A stretch of 64,000 nucleotides of DNA from Acidimicrobiales bacterium (GTDB lineage Bacteria > Actinomycetota > Acidimicrobiia > Acidimicrobiales > VFJN01): NCBI GenBank assembly GCA_030681555.1, contig JAUXRW010000125.1:1730-65729 (forward strand). Reading direction: 5' to 3'. Shown one piece after another: positions 9,602-19,234 of the stretch. The notes beneath the pieces are model-generated. The model was not told where the DNA came from. It saw only the letters and a program-made list of their open reading frames with translations, and did no database searches. The position numbers and the translations under genes are program-made. Position 1 is the stretch's first letter; each line of letters begins with the position of its first letter.

Positions 9602-9602
9602 G

Positions 9603-11240
9603 ATGACCGCCGCGCCGGACACGACCCCCCACCCCCCCGCGTTCACCCACCGCGAGATCCTGACGGTGTTCAGCGGGCTCATGGCCGGCATGCTCCTGGC
9701 CGCCCTGGACCAGACCATCGTGTCCACGGCCCTGCCCACCATCGTGGGCGAGCTGGGCGGGCTCGATCACCTCTCCTGGGTGGTGACCGCCTACCTGCTC
9801 ACCACCACGGTCAGCACCCCCCTGTACGGAAAGCTGTCGGACCTCTACGGCCGCAAGCTCATGTTCCAGGCTGCCATCGTCATCTTCCTGGCCGGCTCCG
9901 TCCTCTGCGGCGTCGCACAGAACTTGGGCCAGCTGATCGCCTTTCGCGGCATCCAGGGCATCGGCGGCGGCGGCCTGATGGCCATGGCCTTCGCCATCAT
10001 CGGCGATGTCGTCGCCCCCAGAGAACGCGGCCGCTACACCGGCTACCTGGGGGCCGTGTTCGCGGTGTCATCGGTGGCCGGTCCCCTGCTCGGAGGGTTC
10101 TTCGTCGACAATCTCTCCTGGCGGTGGGTGTTCTACGTCAACGTCCCCATCGGCATCGTCGCCCTCATCGTCACCTCCTCGGTGCTGCAGCTCCCCTTCA
10201 CCCGCCGCGACCACCGCATCGACTTCGAAGGCGCCGCACTCCTCGTCGCCGGGGTCTCCACGCTGCTCCTCGCCCTGGTGTGGGGCTGCAACGAGTACGA
10301 GTGGGGATCCACCACCATCGTCGGGCTCCTGGTCGCGTCTGCCGCGCTGCTCGCCGTGTTCGTGGTGTGGGAGGCCCGGGCCGAAGAACCGATCCTGCCG
10401 CTGCGGTTGTTCCGCGGCCGGGTCTTCACCATCGGAGTCCTGCTGTCCTTCGTCGTCGGCGCCTCGATGTTCGGGGCCATCGTGTTCCTCCCCCTGTTCC
10501 TCCAGGCCGTCACCGGCGCCTCCGCGACCAACTCGGGGCTGCTGCTGCTGCCCCTCATGGCTGGGCTCATGACCACCTCGGTGGGATCGGGACGCGTCAT
10601 CGCCCGCACCGGCCGCTACCGGCGCTGGCCCATGGCCGGGATGCTCACCTCTGCAGTCGGGATGGGCCTGCTCTCGACCATGGACTCCGAGACCTCCCGG
10701 CTCGAATCATCGCTGTACATGGCGGTCGTCGGCCTCGGCATCGGCATGGTGATGCAGGTCTTGGTGCTCGCCATGCAGAACGCCTCCGAACCCCGCGACA
10801 TGGGGGTCGTGACCTCGTCGGCCAACTTCTTCCGCAGCCTCGGCGGATCGATGGGCATCTCGGTCTTCGGGGCCATCTTCGCGAGCCTCCTCAGCGACAA
10901 GCTCGGCTCTTTCCTGCCCCCCGGCGCGCTCGACAGGGCCGGGTTCGACCCCAACGCCCTCTCCGCCAGCCCCGCACAGCTCCAAGCCCTGCCCGCGGAG
11001 CTCCTTGAACCCGTCACCCGCGCCCTGTCCGAGGCGATCACCTCCGTGTTCGCCTACAGCGTGCCCGTGCTCGTCGTCGGCCTCATCCTCAGCCTCACCC
11101 TCCCCGGCCTCCCCTTGCGCGACACCGTCCACCTCAGCGGGTCGCTCGAAGGCGCCGACGACAGCGTTGCCGAGACCGCCGACGGCGACGTCCCCGACAT
11201 CGAGGACATCGCGCCCGGCCCCGCCCGCTCCCGGCCCTGA
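9603..11240 (+). CDS. MFS transporter, DHA2 (EmrB/QacA-like, 14-TMS type)
   Basis: 545 aa. Motifs present include LDQTIVSTALPTI and GKLSDLYGRK, and the protein is hydrophobic throughout. Confidence 0.9.
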   Translation: MTAAPDTTPHPPAFTHREILTVFSGLMAGMLLAALDQTIVSTALPTIVGELGGLDHLSWVVTAYLLTTTVSTPLYGKLSDLYGRKLMFQAAIVIFLAGSVLCGVAQNLGQLIAFRGIQGIGGGGLMAMAFAIIGDVVAPRERGRYTGYLGAVFAVSSVAGPLLGGFFVDNLSWRWVFYVNVPIGIVALIVTSSVLQLPFTRRDHRIDFEGAALLVAGVSTLLLALVWGCNEYEWGSTTIVGLLVASAALLAVFVVWEARAEEPILPLRLFRGRVFTIGVLLSFVVGASMFGAIVFLPLFLQAVTGASATNSGLLLLPLMAGLMTTSVGSGRVIARTGRYRRWPMAGMLTSAVGMGLLSTMDSETSRLESSLYMAVVGLGIGMVMQVLVLAMQNASEPRDMGVVTSSANFFRSLGGSMGISVFGAIFASLLSDKLGSFLPPGALDRAGFDPNALSASPAQLQALPAELLEPVTRALSEAITSVFAYSVPVLVVGLILSLTLPGLPLRDTVHLSGSLEGADDSVAETADGDVPDIEDIAPGPARSRP

Positions 11241-11388
11241 CCGGTGGGCTCGCTCCGCCCGGCAGGTCGGGCCACCGGTCGTGCTGCGCTCGGCCAGAGG
11301 TTGCGGACCCGGCGACCGGTGATCCCGAAGTCTGCCGCGAGGTCTTTGCTCCGGATCCCCCGCTCGCAGCTCCGGGCGACCCGGTCAC

Positions 11389-11916
11389 TCAGGCTCGGCG
11401 ATCCGATGCAGAGCCGCCCGCCGGATGGTCGGCGGAGGTGAAAGGGGTGGCGAGGATGGTGAGCAGGCTGCGACGCAACGAGCTGAGCGATCGCTCGCCG
11501 AGCGCGGACTCCATCTTCGCGAACGCGCGCATCGCCTCGCGGACGGCAGCACGCCCCTTATCGGTGAAGCTGATGAGCTTCGCCCGCCGATCGTGCGGGT
11601 CGGCAGTGCGCACGAGGTAGCCGAGCTGCTCGAGGTCGATGACCAGCTCGGACATCGCCTGCTTGGTGATCCCCGCCTTCTCGGCGAGCTCGGTCAATCG
11701 TATGCCTTCGAAGGTGACGTGCGCCATGACGTTGTGGTGCACGACGCGGTGGTCGTCGAACCCGGCGGCGACGAGGTGACTCTGCAGCGCCTCTGCCAGG
11801 TGGCGCTCGACGAGGGTGATGAGCAGGAGCACCGGCGTGTCTTCGTCCGGATCGGGCACGGCCCCAAAGTAGTCAGGAACCTTGACTAGTGTGAGACACC
11901 ACGCGATAGTCGTCAT
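11389..11916 (-). CDS. MarR-family transcriptional regulator
   Basis: 175 aa. HTH core is LTELAEKAGITKQAMSELVIDLEQLGYLVRTADPHDRRAK. A 7-bp inverted repeat, gatagtc (11905-11911) / gactatc (11924-11930), brackets the start codon. The exact start is uncertain. Confidence 0.8.
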   Translation of the reverse strand: MTTIAWCLTLVKVPDYFGAVPDPDEDTPVLLLITLVERHLAEALQSHLVAAGFDDHRVVHHNVMAHVTFEGIRLTELAEKAGITKQAMSELVIDLEQLGYLVRTADPHDRRAKLISFTDKGRAAVREAMRAFAKMESALGERSLSSLRRSLLTILATPFTSADHPAGGSASDRRA

Positions 11917-11960
11917 GCCGCCTGACTATCTCCGTCGGGCCAGGACGAGGGAGCCGCCCC

Positions 11961-12947
11961 ATGGAGCGCCAGCCGCACGAGACGATCTGGCAGCTTGCAA
12001 CAGCAACGGTCGCGTCACGCACGCTGCACGTTGTTGCCGAGCTCGGCGTCGCCGACCACATCGACGAGGCGCCGGTGCTGTCCAAGGAGCTGGCAACGAG
12101 GTGCGGCGCCGACGCAGGCGCCCTCGACCGCGCCCTGATGCTCCTTGCCGCACACGGCGTGTTCGATCGCGTGGGCGACGCCTACGCGCACACCGATGCG
12201 TCCCGTCTGCTCCGCTCGGACCACCCCTCGTCGATGCGTGCCTTCCCTCGCATGATGGGCATGACGTCGTTCAGCACCAGCCTCGGTCATCTCGAACACT
12301 CCGTCCGGACAGGCGAGCCCGCCTTCGGCCTCGTGGAGCCGGACGGCCTGTTCGCGCACCTCCAGCGCCACGAGGACGAAGCTCGCATCTTCGACGCGTC
12401 CATGACAGCCAAGGCGGCCGGAGACACCGCCGCAATCCTCGCTGCCTACGACTTCAGCCGATTCTCGACGATCGCCGATATCGGCGGCGGACGCGGGCAC
12501 CTGCTCCGCGCCGTGCTCGAAGCTGCACCGAACACCACCGGCATCCTGTTCGAACTTCCCGCCGTGATCGACGCCGTCGACACGCCGGCGGAGAGGTTCG
12601 CGCTGCACGCGGGCGACTTCTTCAGCGACGCGCTGCCGGCGGCGGACGCCTTCATCCTGATGGAGGTCGTCCACGACTGGGACGATGACCAGGCGGCGAC
12701 CATCCTCTCGGCGGTGCGACGCGCCGCCGCTCCCGGCGCGACCGTCCTCATCATCGAAGCGGTGGCCGACGAGGAGGTCCTCGACCCCGTCGTGCGAACC
12801 CTGGACATGATCATGCTCGCCATCACCGGAGGCCGCGAGCGCACGGCGGCCGAGCTCGACCAACTGCTCGCCAGCGTCGGCTTCCGCGACACCAGGATCC
12901 TGCCGACACCCAGCCCGCTGCGGATCGTCGAGGCGGTCGCCGTCTGA
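11961..12947 (+). CDS. SAM-dependent O-methyltransferase (Methyltransf_2 type with N-terminal dimerisation domain)
   Basis: 328 aa with an ATG preceded by GAGGGAG. The SAM motif is IADIGGGRGHL, and the overall layout matches small-molecule O-methyltransferases. Confidence 0.85.
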   Translation: MERQPHETIWQLATATVASRTLHVVAELGVADHIDEAPVLSKELATRCGADAGALDRALMLLAAHGVFDRVGDAYAHTDASRLLRSDHPSSMRAFPRMMGMTSFSTSLGHLEHSVRTGEPAFGLVEPDGLFAHLQRHEDEARIFDASMTAKAAGDTAAILAAYDFSRFSTIADIGGGRGHLLRAVLEAAPNTTGILFELPAVIDAVDTPAERFALHAGDFFSDALPAADAFILMEVVHDWDDDQAATILSAVRRAAAPGATVLIIEAVADEEVLDPVVRTLDMIMLAITGGRERTAAELDQLLASVGFRDTRILPTPSPLRIVEAVAV

Positions 12948-13085
12948 ACCACGAGCAGCCCGACTTCCCGCCAGGCCTCACCATTGCCGTCGACTTGGCC
13001 GCATCGTCCCCAACGCCGGAGCAGAGGACAGTCGCCCCCACAGCGACCGGCGACCGGGGTCTCCGCTAGGCCGTGGGGCGGTCGA

Positions 13086-13565
13086 TCAGGGCGAGACGGG
13101 GGTGCCGCTTGCGTACTCGTGTGCCGCTTGGACGAGTTGGGTGACGACCGAGCGCTCGTGGTCATCCCGAGGTGCGTAGAGCATCACAGCGTTGGAGGGG
13201 ATCTCGCCACGGCGAGCGACGGGATGTTGCTCGGCCCATCCGGCTTCGACGGCGTCGGTGACCAGCTCGGGCGGGAGCATGACGTGGAGGCTCTGGTCTT
13301 CGCCGGGGTGGAGATGAGCGAACTCGGCGTCGATGAGGAACGCACCTGCAGGTGCGTCGACGGCGCGGGGCAGGCAGAGCGCGCGTGCTCCCGGAACGGA
13401 GATGAGACTGGGGCGCTCTTCGACTCCCGGTAGCGCGAAGAGGTCGGCGGCGAGACGTTCGCGTTGCTCGCTGCCTTCTGGCTGCTGGTCGAGTTGGGTG
13501 TGCGGGTTCGTTTCGGTGGTCATCGGCCGCGGGCCAGGTCGAACCGGGAGCGGGCGGGGATTCAT
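13086..13565 (-). CDS. Conserved hypothetical protein, resembles the small 'luciferase family' (DUF5519-like) actinobacterial proteins
   Basis: 159-aa ORF. The core, PGVEERPSLISVPGARAL...EFAHLHPGEDQSLHVMLP...GWAEQHP, matches my recollection of that family. The start may instead be the second Met (MTTETN). Confidence 0.55.
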   Translation of the reverse strand: MNPRPLPVRPGPRPMTTETNPHTQLDQQPEGSEQRERLAADLFALPGVEERPSLISVPGARALCLPRAVDAPAGAFLIDAEFAHLHPGEDQSLHVMLPPELVTDAVEAGWAEQHPVARRGEIPSNAVMLYAPRDDHERSVVTQLVQAAHEYASGTPVSP

Positions 13566-14021
13566 GGTCAGGATGCTTGCGCGCAGAGGGCGTCGACGTC
13601 GAGCCAGACCAGCTCGCGATTCATGCGGCCGCCGTCGAACTCGCAGACGTGGAGCAGCCCGGAAGTCGACGGGGTGTCGTCGATTCCGAAGTCGAAGCCC
13701 CTGAAGCTCCGATCGCGCGTACGCGGTGCTGCACCTCGTCGACGACGAAGTCGGGTCCGTGGAGTCGCCGGATCGTGGATGTCACCGCTGGCTGCACGCT
13801 CTGGGCCGAGCCGCCCAGCCGCCGGGGCGCACCGAGTCATCGAACTGCAGCGCAGCCGGGAACTGGACCATGAGCCTGGGCGGTTCCTCTAGCCAGGTAC
13901 ATCCAAGCGCCGGCACCATGCCGTGCCGGCGAGCACCCCGCGCCCCCGAGTCCGCCACTACTCCTCGTGATCCAGGCCGTTTCCCATGTCCTCTTCAGAC
14001 AACCCGGGCGCGCCCACCCAG

Positions 14022-15374
14022 TCAGCCGGTGAGCGGCGTGGCGGTTCCTGCGGCGATCTCCGCCATCTCCTCACGTTCCGGGCCGGGCCGTGGCCCCGGC
14101 GTCGACAGCAGCTCGGCGAACACCGCAGTGATGCGCTCCTGCATGAGAACGTCGTCGTCGAGCGCGCTGGTGCGATCGAGCAGTCCGCTGCGACGGACGG
14201 CGATACGGAGGACGTCGTCATCCGCAAGTGCTGCCGCGCCTGCGGCAACGATGCTGAACAGCTCATACGCGCCGCCGTCGTGCCGGGTGAAGTCGACGGA
14301 CTCGCCGCGCCACACGCGCCTGCGCTGCTCGTCGAGCGCGGTCGCCAACGAGTACCGCTCGCGCGCCGCTGGTATCACCGCGGCGAGGTACGCCCCGAGC
14401 ACGTCCCGGCGCGAAGGCTGCCCTCGCAGCACGTCGCGGAGTGCCCGGGCGTGGATCAGGGCGAACGACAGCCCGTGGGCAAGCGTCGGGTCGGTGTGCG
14501 CGAGCGCGTCCCCAACCGGGACGAACGGAGAGGAGGGATCGACGAACCGCAGCGAGTTGCGCAACCCCGCCATTGGCATGACGCGCGTGATCGGCTCCAC
14601 GCCTTCGGGATCGACCCATCGGCGCAACAGGGGAATGGTCTGCAGTGCCCGTTCGAATCGGTCCTCGTTCGCGAGCTCGCGCCACTCCGCGACGCCGCTG
14701 GGGATGGCGAGCAGGGCGGAGAACGTGCCGTTGTCGCCTGGGAACGTCGCGTAGCCGAGATACCCGAGGTCACCACGCGGACCAAGCAGCCACGGACCGT
14801 CGGGCAGCTGGAACCCCGGACGCTGGCGGTAGTACCGACACAGGTAGACCACGCCGCAGTCGCTCGACAGCGGCTCGGACGAGTCGGCGAACCACTTCGG
14901 CGTCGGCGTCCGCCGGCCCATCGCGTCGACGACGATCTCGGCGTCGACTGCGTCGTGTCGCTCGGCCGTCGTCCGCGGCCGGATGTCGATCCCGGGCTCC
15001 CGGGCCGCGGCGCGCCGAAGCGCCCATTCGATGAGCGGTCGCCGCGCCGCGACGTACTGCAGCCGCTCGTCGCCCGGCTGGCGTTGTCCGCTGAGCTTGC
15101 GCGCGATGTCGACGTCGTGCGCGCCCGCGGTCAGAAGAGCGTCGTACACGTCGGGGAGCTCGTCGATCATCTCGACACGGCCACGCGGGATGAACGCGTG
15201 CGGCTGCAGGAAGTGCGGGATGCCGCGGCGCTCCCATGCCGGCGCGTCGAGGGGCTCGCCGAGCTCGAAGGCATCACGTTCTGTGAGGATCACCCGGTGG
15301 CCATCGCGGGCCAGGAGCAACGCCGTCGAGAGCCCCGCCACCCCGCCCCCGAGCACAGTCACACTGCGCGACAT
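14022..15374 (-). CDS. FAD-dependent oxidoreductase / monooxygenase
   Basis: The start is trimmed to ATG 15374, giving MSRSVTVLGGGVAGLSTALLLARDGHRVILTERD, a Rossmann GxGxxG fold. The product is 450 aa. Confidence 0.85.
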   Translation of the reverse strand: MSRSVTVLGGGVAGLSTALLLARDGHRVILTERDAFELGEPLDAPAWERRGIPHFLQPHAFIPRGRVEMIDELPDVYDALLTAGAHDVDIARKLSGQRQPGDERLQYVAARRPLIEWALRRAAAREPGIDIRPRTTAERHDAVDAEIVVDAMGRRTPTPKWFADSSEPLSSDCGVVYLCRYYRQRPGFQLPDGPWLLGPRGDLGYLGYATFPGDNGTFSALLAIPSGVAEWRELANEDRFERALQTIPLLRRWVDPEGVEPITRVMPMAGLRNSLRFVDPSSPFVPVGDALAHTDPTLAHGLSFALIHARALRDVLRGQPSRRDVLGAYLAAVIPAARERYSLATALDEQRRRVWRGESVDFTRHDGGAYELFSIVAAGAAALADDDVLRIAVRRSGLLDRTSALDDDVLMQERITAVFAELLSTPGPRPGPEREEMAEIAAGTATPLTG

Positions 15375-15740
15375 GTCCGGACGGTAGTCTTTGCGTCTGC
15401 CGCACGCCCCGGGGCGCGCGCGAGCCCTCCTGGCCGTCGCTGCCTCGCGACCCCGTGCCGGCAGGCGGAGGAGCGAGGGACTGCCGCACGTTGAGGTGAC
15501 ACGTTGGATCAGGCGGCCCAGCGGTGATGCCGGTCGAGGACGTACTTCTGCGACACGGCGAAGAACCCCTCCATCTCCGAACCTCCACGCACCTCGCAAC
15601 AGGGGTGCGAGATACCTCCGGCCGGTGGCTGCGAGTCACCGCAGTGCTGATGGAGGGTGGCGCCGGCCCGCATCCGACTTCCGGGCCGGGAGCGTCATGG
15701 CCCGACCGGCCCGGTCCGCCGTGGCGTCGCTCCGGGCGGT

Positions 15741-16754
15741 TCAGGTGGAGGCGACGCCCTCGTCGTCCCAGGTCGAGTCGACCGACTGCTCGGGGCGTCG
15801 CTCGCCTTGGGCGGCGATGTCGTCGAACGCTCGCTTGTCGGCCTCGGTGAGCGGGGGTTGGACGATGCTGCGGGGCCACAGGTGGCGGGCCCACACCACG
15901 TTCGTCTCCGCTGCGTAGAGCGTGAGCTGGGCCGTGAGGAAGATCCATGAGATCAGCCCCAGCACGGACGCGAAGTACCCGTAGACCTGCGATGCATGTC
16001 GGAGCTGGTGATCGACCAGGTAGGCCCCGGCGGCCTGGAGGGACGTCCACCCGATGCCGCCGACGACGGCGCCCGGGAGCAGCGACCGCGTCGGGATGTC
16101 CTTCACCGTGAGGACGCGGAAGGCGAGGGCGAAGAGACCCACGTTGACGACGACAGTCCCGAGCAGCCCCCCCACCCAGACCAGGGCCCCGCTCCCGCCT
16201 GCGGACGAGAGCGCGACGGCGGTCGTCGCTGCCAGACCGATCGCCAGCACCCCGAGCAGCCCCAGCCCGCGCAGGAGACGGTTCACGAAAGGGGGCCGGT
16301 CGACCCCCGGCACGTTCCACACCTCAGCCATGGCGAGCTGGCAGGCCTGGGTCACCCCGAGCGTTCCCCACATCAGCCCGACGAGTCCCAGGCCGACGCC
16401 GAGCGTGCTGCCCCGGAGCGGGTTGATGGCCTGCCCTAGCTGCGGGCCGACGATCGGGAAGTCGCTCAGGGCCGACCGGATGACCGCATCGCGCAGATCG
16501 CTGTTCCGGTCCATGATGAACCCGAGGAAGGTCGTCAGCAGCAGGAGCAGGGGGAACACGGCGAGGAAGCCGTAGTACGCGATGAGCGCGGCCAGGGACC
16601 CGGCCCGGTCGTCACCGAACTTCTTGATCACCCCGAACCCGAACGCGAGCGGGCGGTACGCCTGCTGGAAGGCGTCGACCCGACGGACCCCCCGCTCGAG
16701 GACGTTCACGCGGCTGCCCTGCGCAAGCGATGTCGGGTGGCATGCGACCCCCAC
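15741..16754 (-). CDS. YihY/BrkB-family inner-membrane protein
   Basis: 337 aa. It has the family hallmark AGSLAALIAYYGFLAVFPLLLL and multiple TM segments. The start (GTG 16754 or a later GTG) is uncertain. Confidence 0.85.
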   Translation of the reverse strand: MGVACHPTSLAQGSRVNVLERGVRRVDAFQQAYRPLAFGFGVIKKFGDDRAGSLAALIAYYGFLAVFPLLLLLTTFLGFIMDRNSDLRDAVIRSALSDFPIVGPQLGQAINPLRGSTLGVGLGLVGLMWGTLGVTQACQLAMAEVWNVPGVDRPPFVNRLLRGLGLLGVLAIGLAATTAVALSSAGGSGALVWVGGLLGTVVVNVGLFALAFRVLTVKDIPTRSLLPGAVVGGIGWTSLQAAGAYLVDHQLRHASQVYGYFASVLGLISWIFLTAQLTLYAAETNVVWARHLWPRSIVQPPLTEADKRAFDDIAAQGERRPEQSVDSTWDDEGVAST

Positions 16755-17162
16755 GTCGTGCTCTCCATCGGACCGCCTCCACTCCTCGACGGCACGGATC
16801 CCCGCCTGGCTGTAGATCCCGTCCGCGTTTGCCGCACCGGGCCACGTCGCGGCACTGGTCGCAACGAAGGTAGGCGTCGGTTCGAGGCGATGCGCCGCGG
16901 CCCCTCCCCCGCCACGGCCACCGAATCTCGACAGCTGCCGGGTCCCCCGGTCGTGGGGGCGAGCGACACCTCGTTCATGGCCGAGGCCACGCCGATGCGA
17001 CCACGAGGACGACAGCGAGGCACATCGATGCCAGGACGCCGGTGCGGTCGTCGTCGTCGTCCGGCGTGCTCGAGGATGGATCAGGGGGTTGCATCGGGTG
17101 CGCCCGCCGCTGCGGTTCCGTCATCCGCCGCTGAGGCCACCGTCGGCGGGCGGGCGGCCGGC

Positions 17163-17581
17163 CTAGCCTGGCTGGTCAGGGCCGGGCGCGACGATCATCC
17201 AGGGCGTGCCGAAGCGGTCGACGCACATCCCGAACGCGGCCGAGAAGAACGTCGGCAGGAGCGGCTGGGTGACCTGGCCGCCCTCGGCGAGCGCGTCGAA
17301 CACCCGGTTGGCGTCGTCCACGGCGGCGGCGTCGTAGCTGACCACCATCCCCTGCACCGGCCCGAAGCCGTCGGTCGTGGGGTCATCGGAGCCCATGAGG
17401 AGGTCGTCCCCGATGGAAGCGCGGCGTGGATGATCATGTCGGCGTGCTCCGGGGGCGGCTCCTCCTCGCCGGGGACGTCCCGCATCGTGAGCAGGGTCAG
17501 CTCGCCGCCGAGCACCTCGGCATAGCGGGTGAACGCCTCGCGGCAGTTGCCGCCGAAGAACAGGTAGGGGCGGAAGGCCAT
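17163..17581 (-). pseudogene. VOC/glyoxalase-fold (PhnB-like) gene with a 1-nt frameshift
   Basis: The N-terminal part, MAFRPYLFFGGNCREAFTRYAEVLGGEL...IIHAALP, starts at ATG 17581. The rest, IGDDLLMGSDDPTTDGFGPVQG...GTPWMIVAPG, is in another frame. The switch lies within about 17412-17418. The span is 419 nt, which is 3n-1. Confidence 0.7.
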
Positions 17582-17672
17582 GTCGGATCTCCTGGATCGG
17601 GTCGGCAGGTGGTCGGCCGGTGGACGCCGGCGGTGCCGCGAACTCATAGCGGCGCGCCAGCCGGGCAAGGTG

Positions 17673-18166
17673 TCAGAGGGTCTCGGCGAGCTCGACGAGC
17701 TGGTCGAGCGCCGTGCCCCACCCCTCCTGGAAGCCCATCTCCTCGTGGCGGTCGCGGTCCGCCGCGTCGCCGTGGATGGCGATGGCGCGGTAGCGGGTGC
17801 CGCCGCTGCCGTTCGGCTGCAGCTCGATCACGGCCGTCATCTGCAGCTCGCCAGGCGCCGACGAGCTCGGGCGGTAGCCGGGCGCCAGCGCGGAGGTCCA
17901 CGACAGCCGCTCGTTCGGGACGATCTCGAGGTAGCAGCCGACGTTGTCGAACTCCTGGCCCTCAGGCGAGCGCATGACGGTGCGCAAGGCCCCGCCGGGG
18001 CGGAGGTCGATCTCGCACTTCGGCGTCTCGAAGGGCTTGGGCGTGAACCACTCCTTCAGCAGCTCCGGCGTGGTCCAGGCCCGCCACACGAGCTCGGGGG
18101 GACGTCGACCTCGCGCTCCAGCACGAGGTCGAGGGTTGGGTCGATGGTCTGCGGGGTGAAGGTCAT
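17673..18166 (-). pseudogene. SRPBCC / AHSA1-domain gene with a 1-nt frameshift in a homopolymer
   Basis: ATG 18166 overlaps the ArsR stop (ATGA) and encodes [24 protein letters not shown]. The remainder ([17 protein letters not shown]...) is in another frame. The switch is at the G6 run at 18096-18101 (C6 on the coding strand). The span is 494 nt, which is 3n-1. Confidence 0.7.
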
Positions 18167-18498
18167 CCGTGCTCCTTGAGGTCGAGGACGAAGGCGTCCA
18201 TTCGGTCGAGTCGCCGCTCCCAGATCCGACGCTGCTCGGCCAGCCAGCCGTCGGCGGTGTCGAGGCCGTCCGAAGCGAGCCGGTAGGTCCGAACCCGCCC
18301 GACCTTGATCGAGGTCACCAGGTGGGCGGCTTCGAGGAGGGCGAGGTGGTGGGTGAACGAAGGGAGTGACATGTCGAACGGCTGGGCCAGCTCCGATGTG
18401 GTGGCTGGACCGGACACCAGCCGCTCGACGACCTGGCGCCGAGTCGGGTCGGCCAAAGCGTGGAAGACCTCGTCGACGGCCTCCCGATGCTTAGGCAC
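18163..18498 (-). CDS. ArsR/SmtB-family transcriptional regulator
   Basis: 111 aa with the pattern [16 protein letters not shown]...[28 protein letters not shown]. It starts at a GTG. Confidence 0.9.
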   Translation of the reverse strand: MPKHREAVDEVFHALADPTRRQVVERLVSGPATTSELAQPFDMSLPSFTHHLALLEAAHLVTSIKVGRVRTYRLASDGLDTADGWLAEQRRIWERRLDRMDAFVLDLKEHG

Positions 18499-18546
18499 GT
18501 ACCTAACTTACGCCGGACGAACACTTAGGTCAATACCTAAGTGTTT
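18491..18546. promoter_or_regulatory. Two palindromes sharing a TTAGG/CCTAA core, candidate ArsR operators
   Basis: The first is ttaggcacgtacctaa (18491-18506), which overlaps the ArsR start codon. The second is the perfect 10-4-10 palindrome acacttaggt-caat-acctaagtgt (18521-18544). Both sit in an AT-richer stretch between ArsR and the cupin gene. Confidence 0.6.
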
Positions 18547-18606
18547 GTTCGTGGACCGGGTCGTAGAGCAGGCAGGATGTCGGGAACCGCTCCGAGGAGG
18601 ACCGCG

Positions 18607-19026
18607 ATGACCGCTGCGCCACAGGACGAGGGACCGAACCCCTTCGTCATCGACATCGAGGCCGCCACCGTCGAGAACGGCACCTTCCGAACGGCGCTCT
18701 GGACCGGCGCCAACCTCCAGATGACAGTGATGGCGATCGAGCCCGGCGGCGAGATCGGGCTCGAGGTGCACGAGGACCGCGATCAGTTCCTCCGCGTCGA
18801 GAGCGGTCGTGGCCGCGTCCAGATGGGTCCGGCGGAGAACGACCTGCCGTTCGAGCGCGAGGTCGAGGACGGCTGGGCGATCCTCGTGCCCGCTGGCACC
18901 TGGCACAACGTGACGAGCATCGGCAGCGAGCCGCTCAAGGTGTACGCCCTCTACGCGCCACCGGAGCACCCGCACGGCACCGTCCATGCGTCGAAGGCCG
19001 ACGCCGACGCCGCCGAGCACCACTAG
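18607..19026 (+). CDS. Cupin-domain protein
   Basis: The start is trimmed to ATG 18607, which has GAGGAGG about 9 nt upstream. The cupin core is IEPGGEIGLEVHEDRDQFLRVESGRGRV...VPAGTWHNV. The product is 139 aa. Confidence 0.8.
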   Translation: MTAAPQDEGPNPFVIDIEAATVENGTFRTALWTGANLQMTVMAIEPGGEIGLEVHEDRDQFLRVESGRGRVQMGPAENDLPFEREVEDGWAILVPAGTWHNVTSIGSEPLKVYALYAPPEHPHGTVHASKADADAAEHH

Positions 19027-19234
19027 CGCTCCAGGCTCGGCGTCTTCCTCAAGCGGACGGCGGCATCGAGAGCTTGCGCTCGGCGCCTCGTCCGATCCGG
19101 CCGCTGGCCCGTCGTCGTCGACCCGGACGTCGATCAGGCGAGATCGGCGGGACGAGGTCGGGCACCGCCCCGTGTACTGGCCGGGGCGGACCGGGCCCAA
19201 CCCGCGGGGGCGGCGGCTCGGTAGCGTCTCGGGC

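Noticed and set aside
8774-11008. 744-aa plus-strand ORF running from the nei region into the MFS gene
   Set aside because: It crosses three well-supported genes in other frames or strands and reads as Arg/Pro/Gly-rich nonsense. The same reasoning applies to the other long overlapping ORFs in the track, such as 33333-35486, 37474-39378, 59616-61220, 5093-6298 and 19049-20407.
15509-15574. 21-codon minus-strand ORF (MEGFFAVSQKYVLDRHHRWAA) with a GGAGG upstream, lying between the YihY gene end and the FAD-oxidoreductase start
   Set aside because: It is too short to support from sequence alone and I recognise no family. It could be chance or the stub of a lost gene.
16755-17162. Possible small membrane-anchored protein gene upstream of the YihY gene
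   Set aside because: A 49-codon ORF has a TM-like segment (MTEPQRR...VLASMCLAVVLVVASAWPRP), and protein-like stretches occur in two other frames. No continuous frame with a start codon could be built, and the third-position bias is not decisive.
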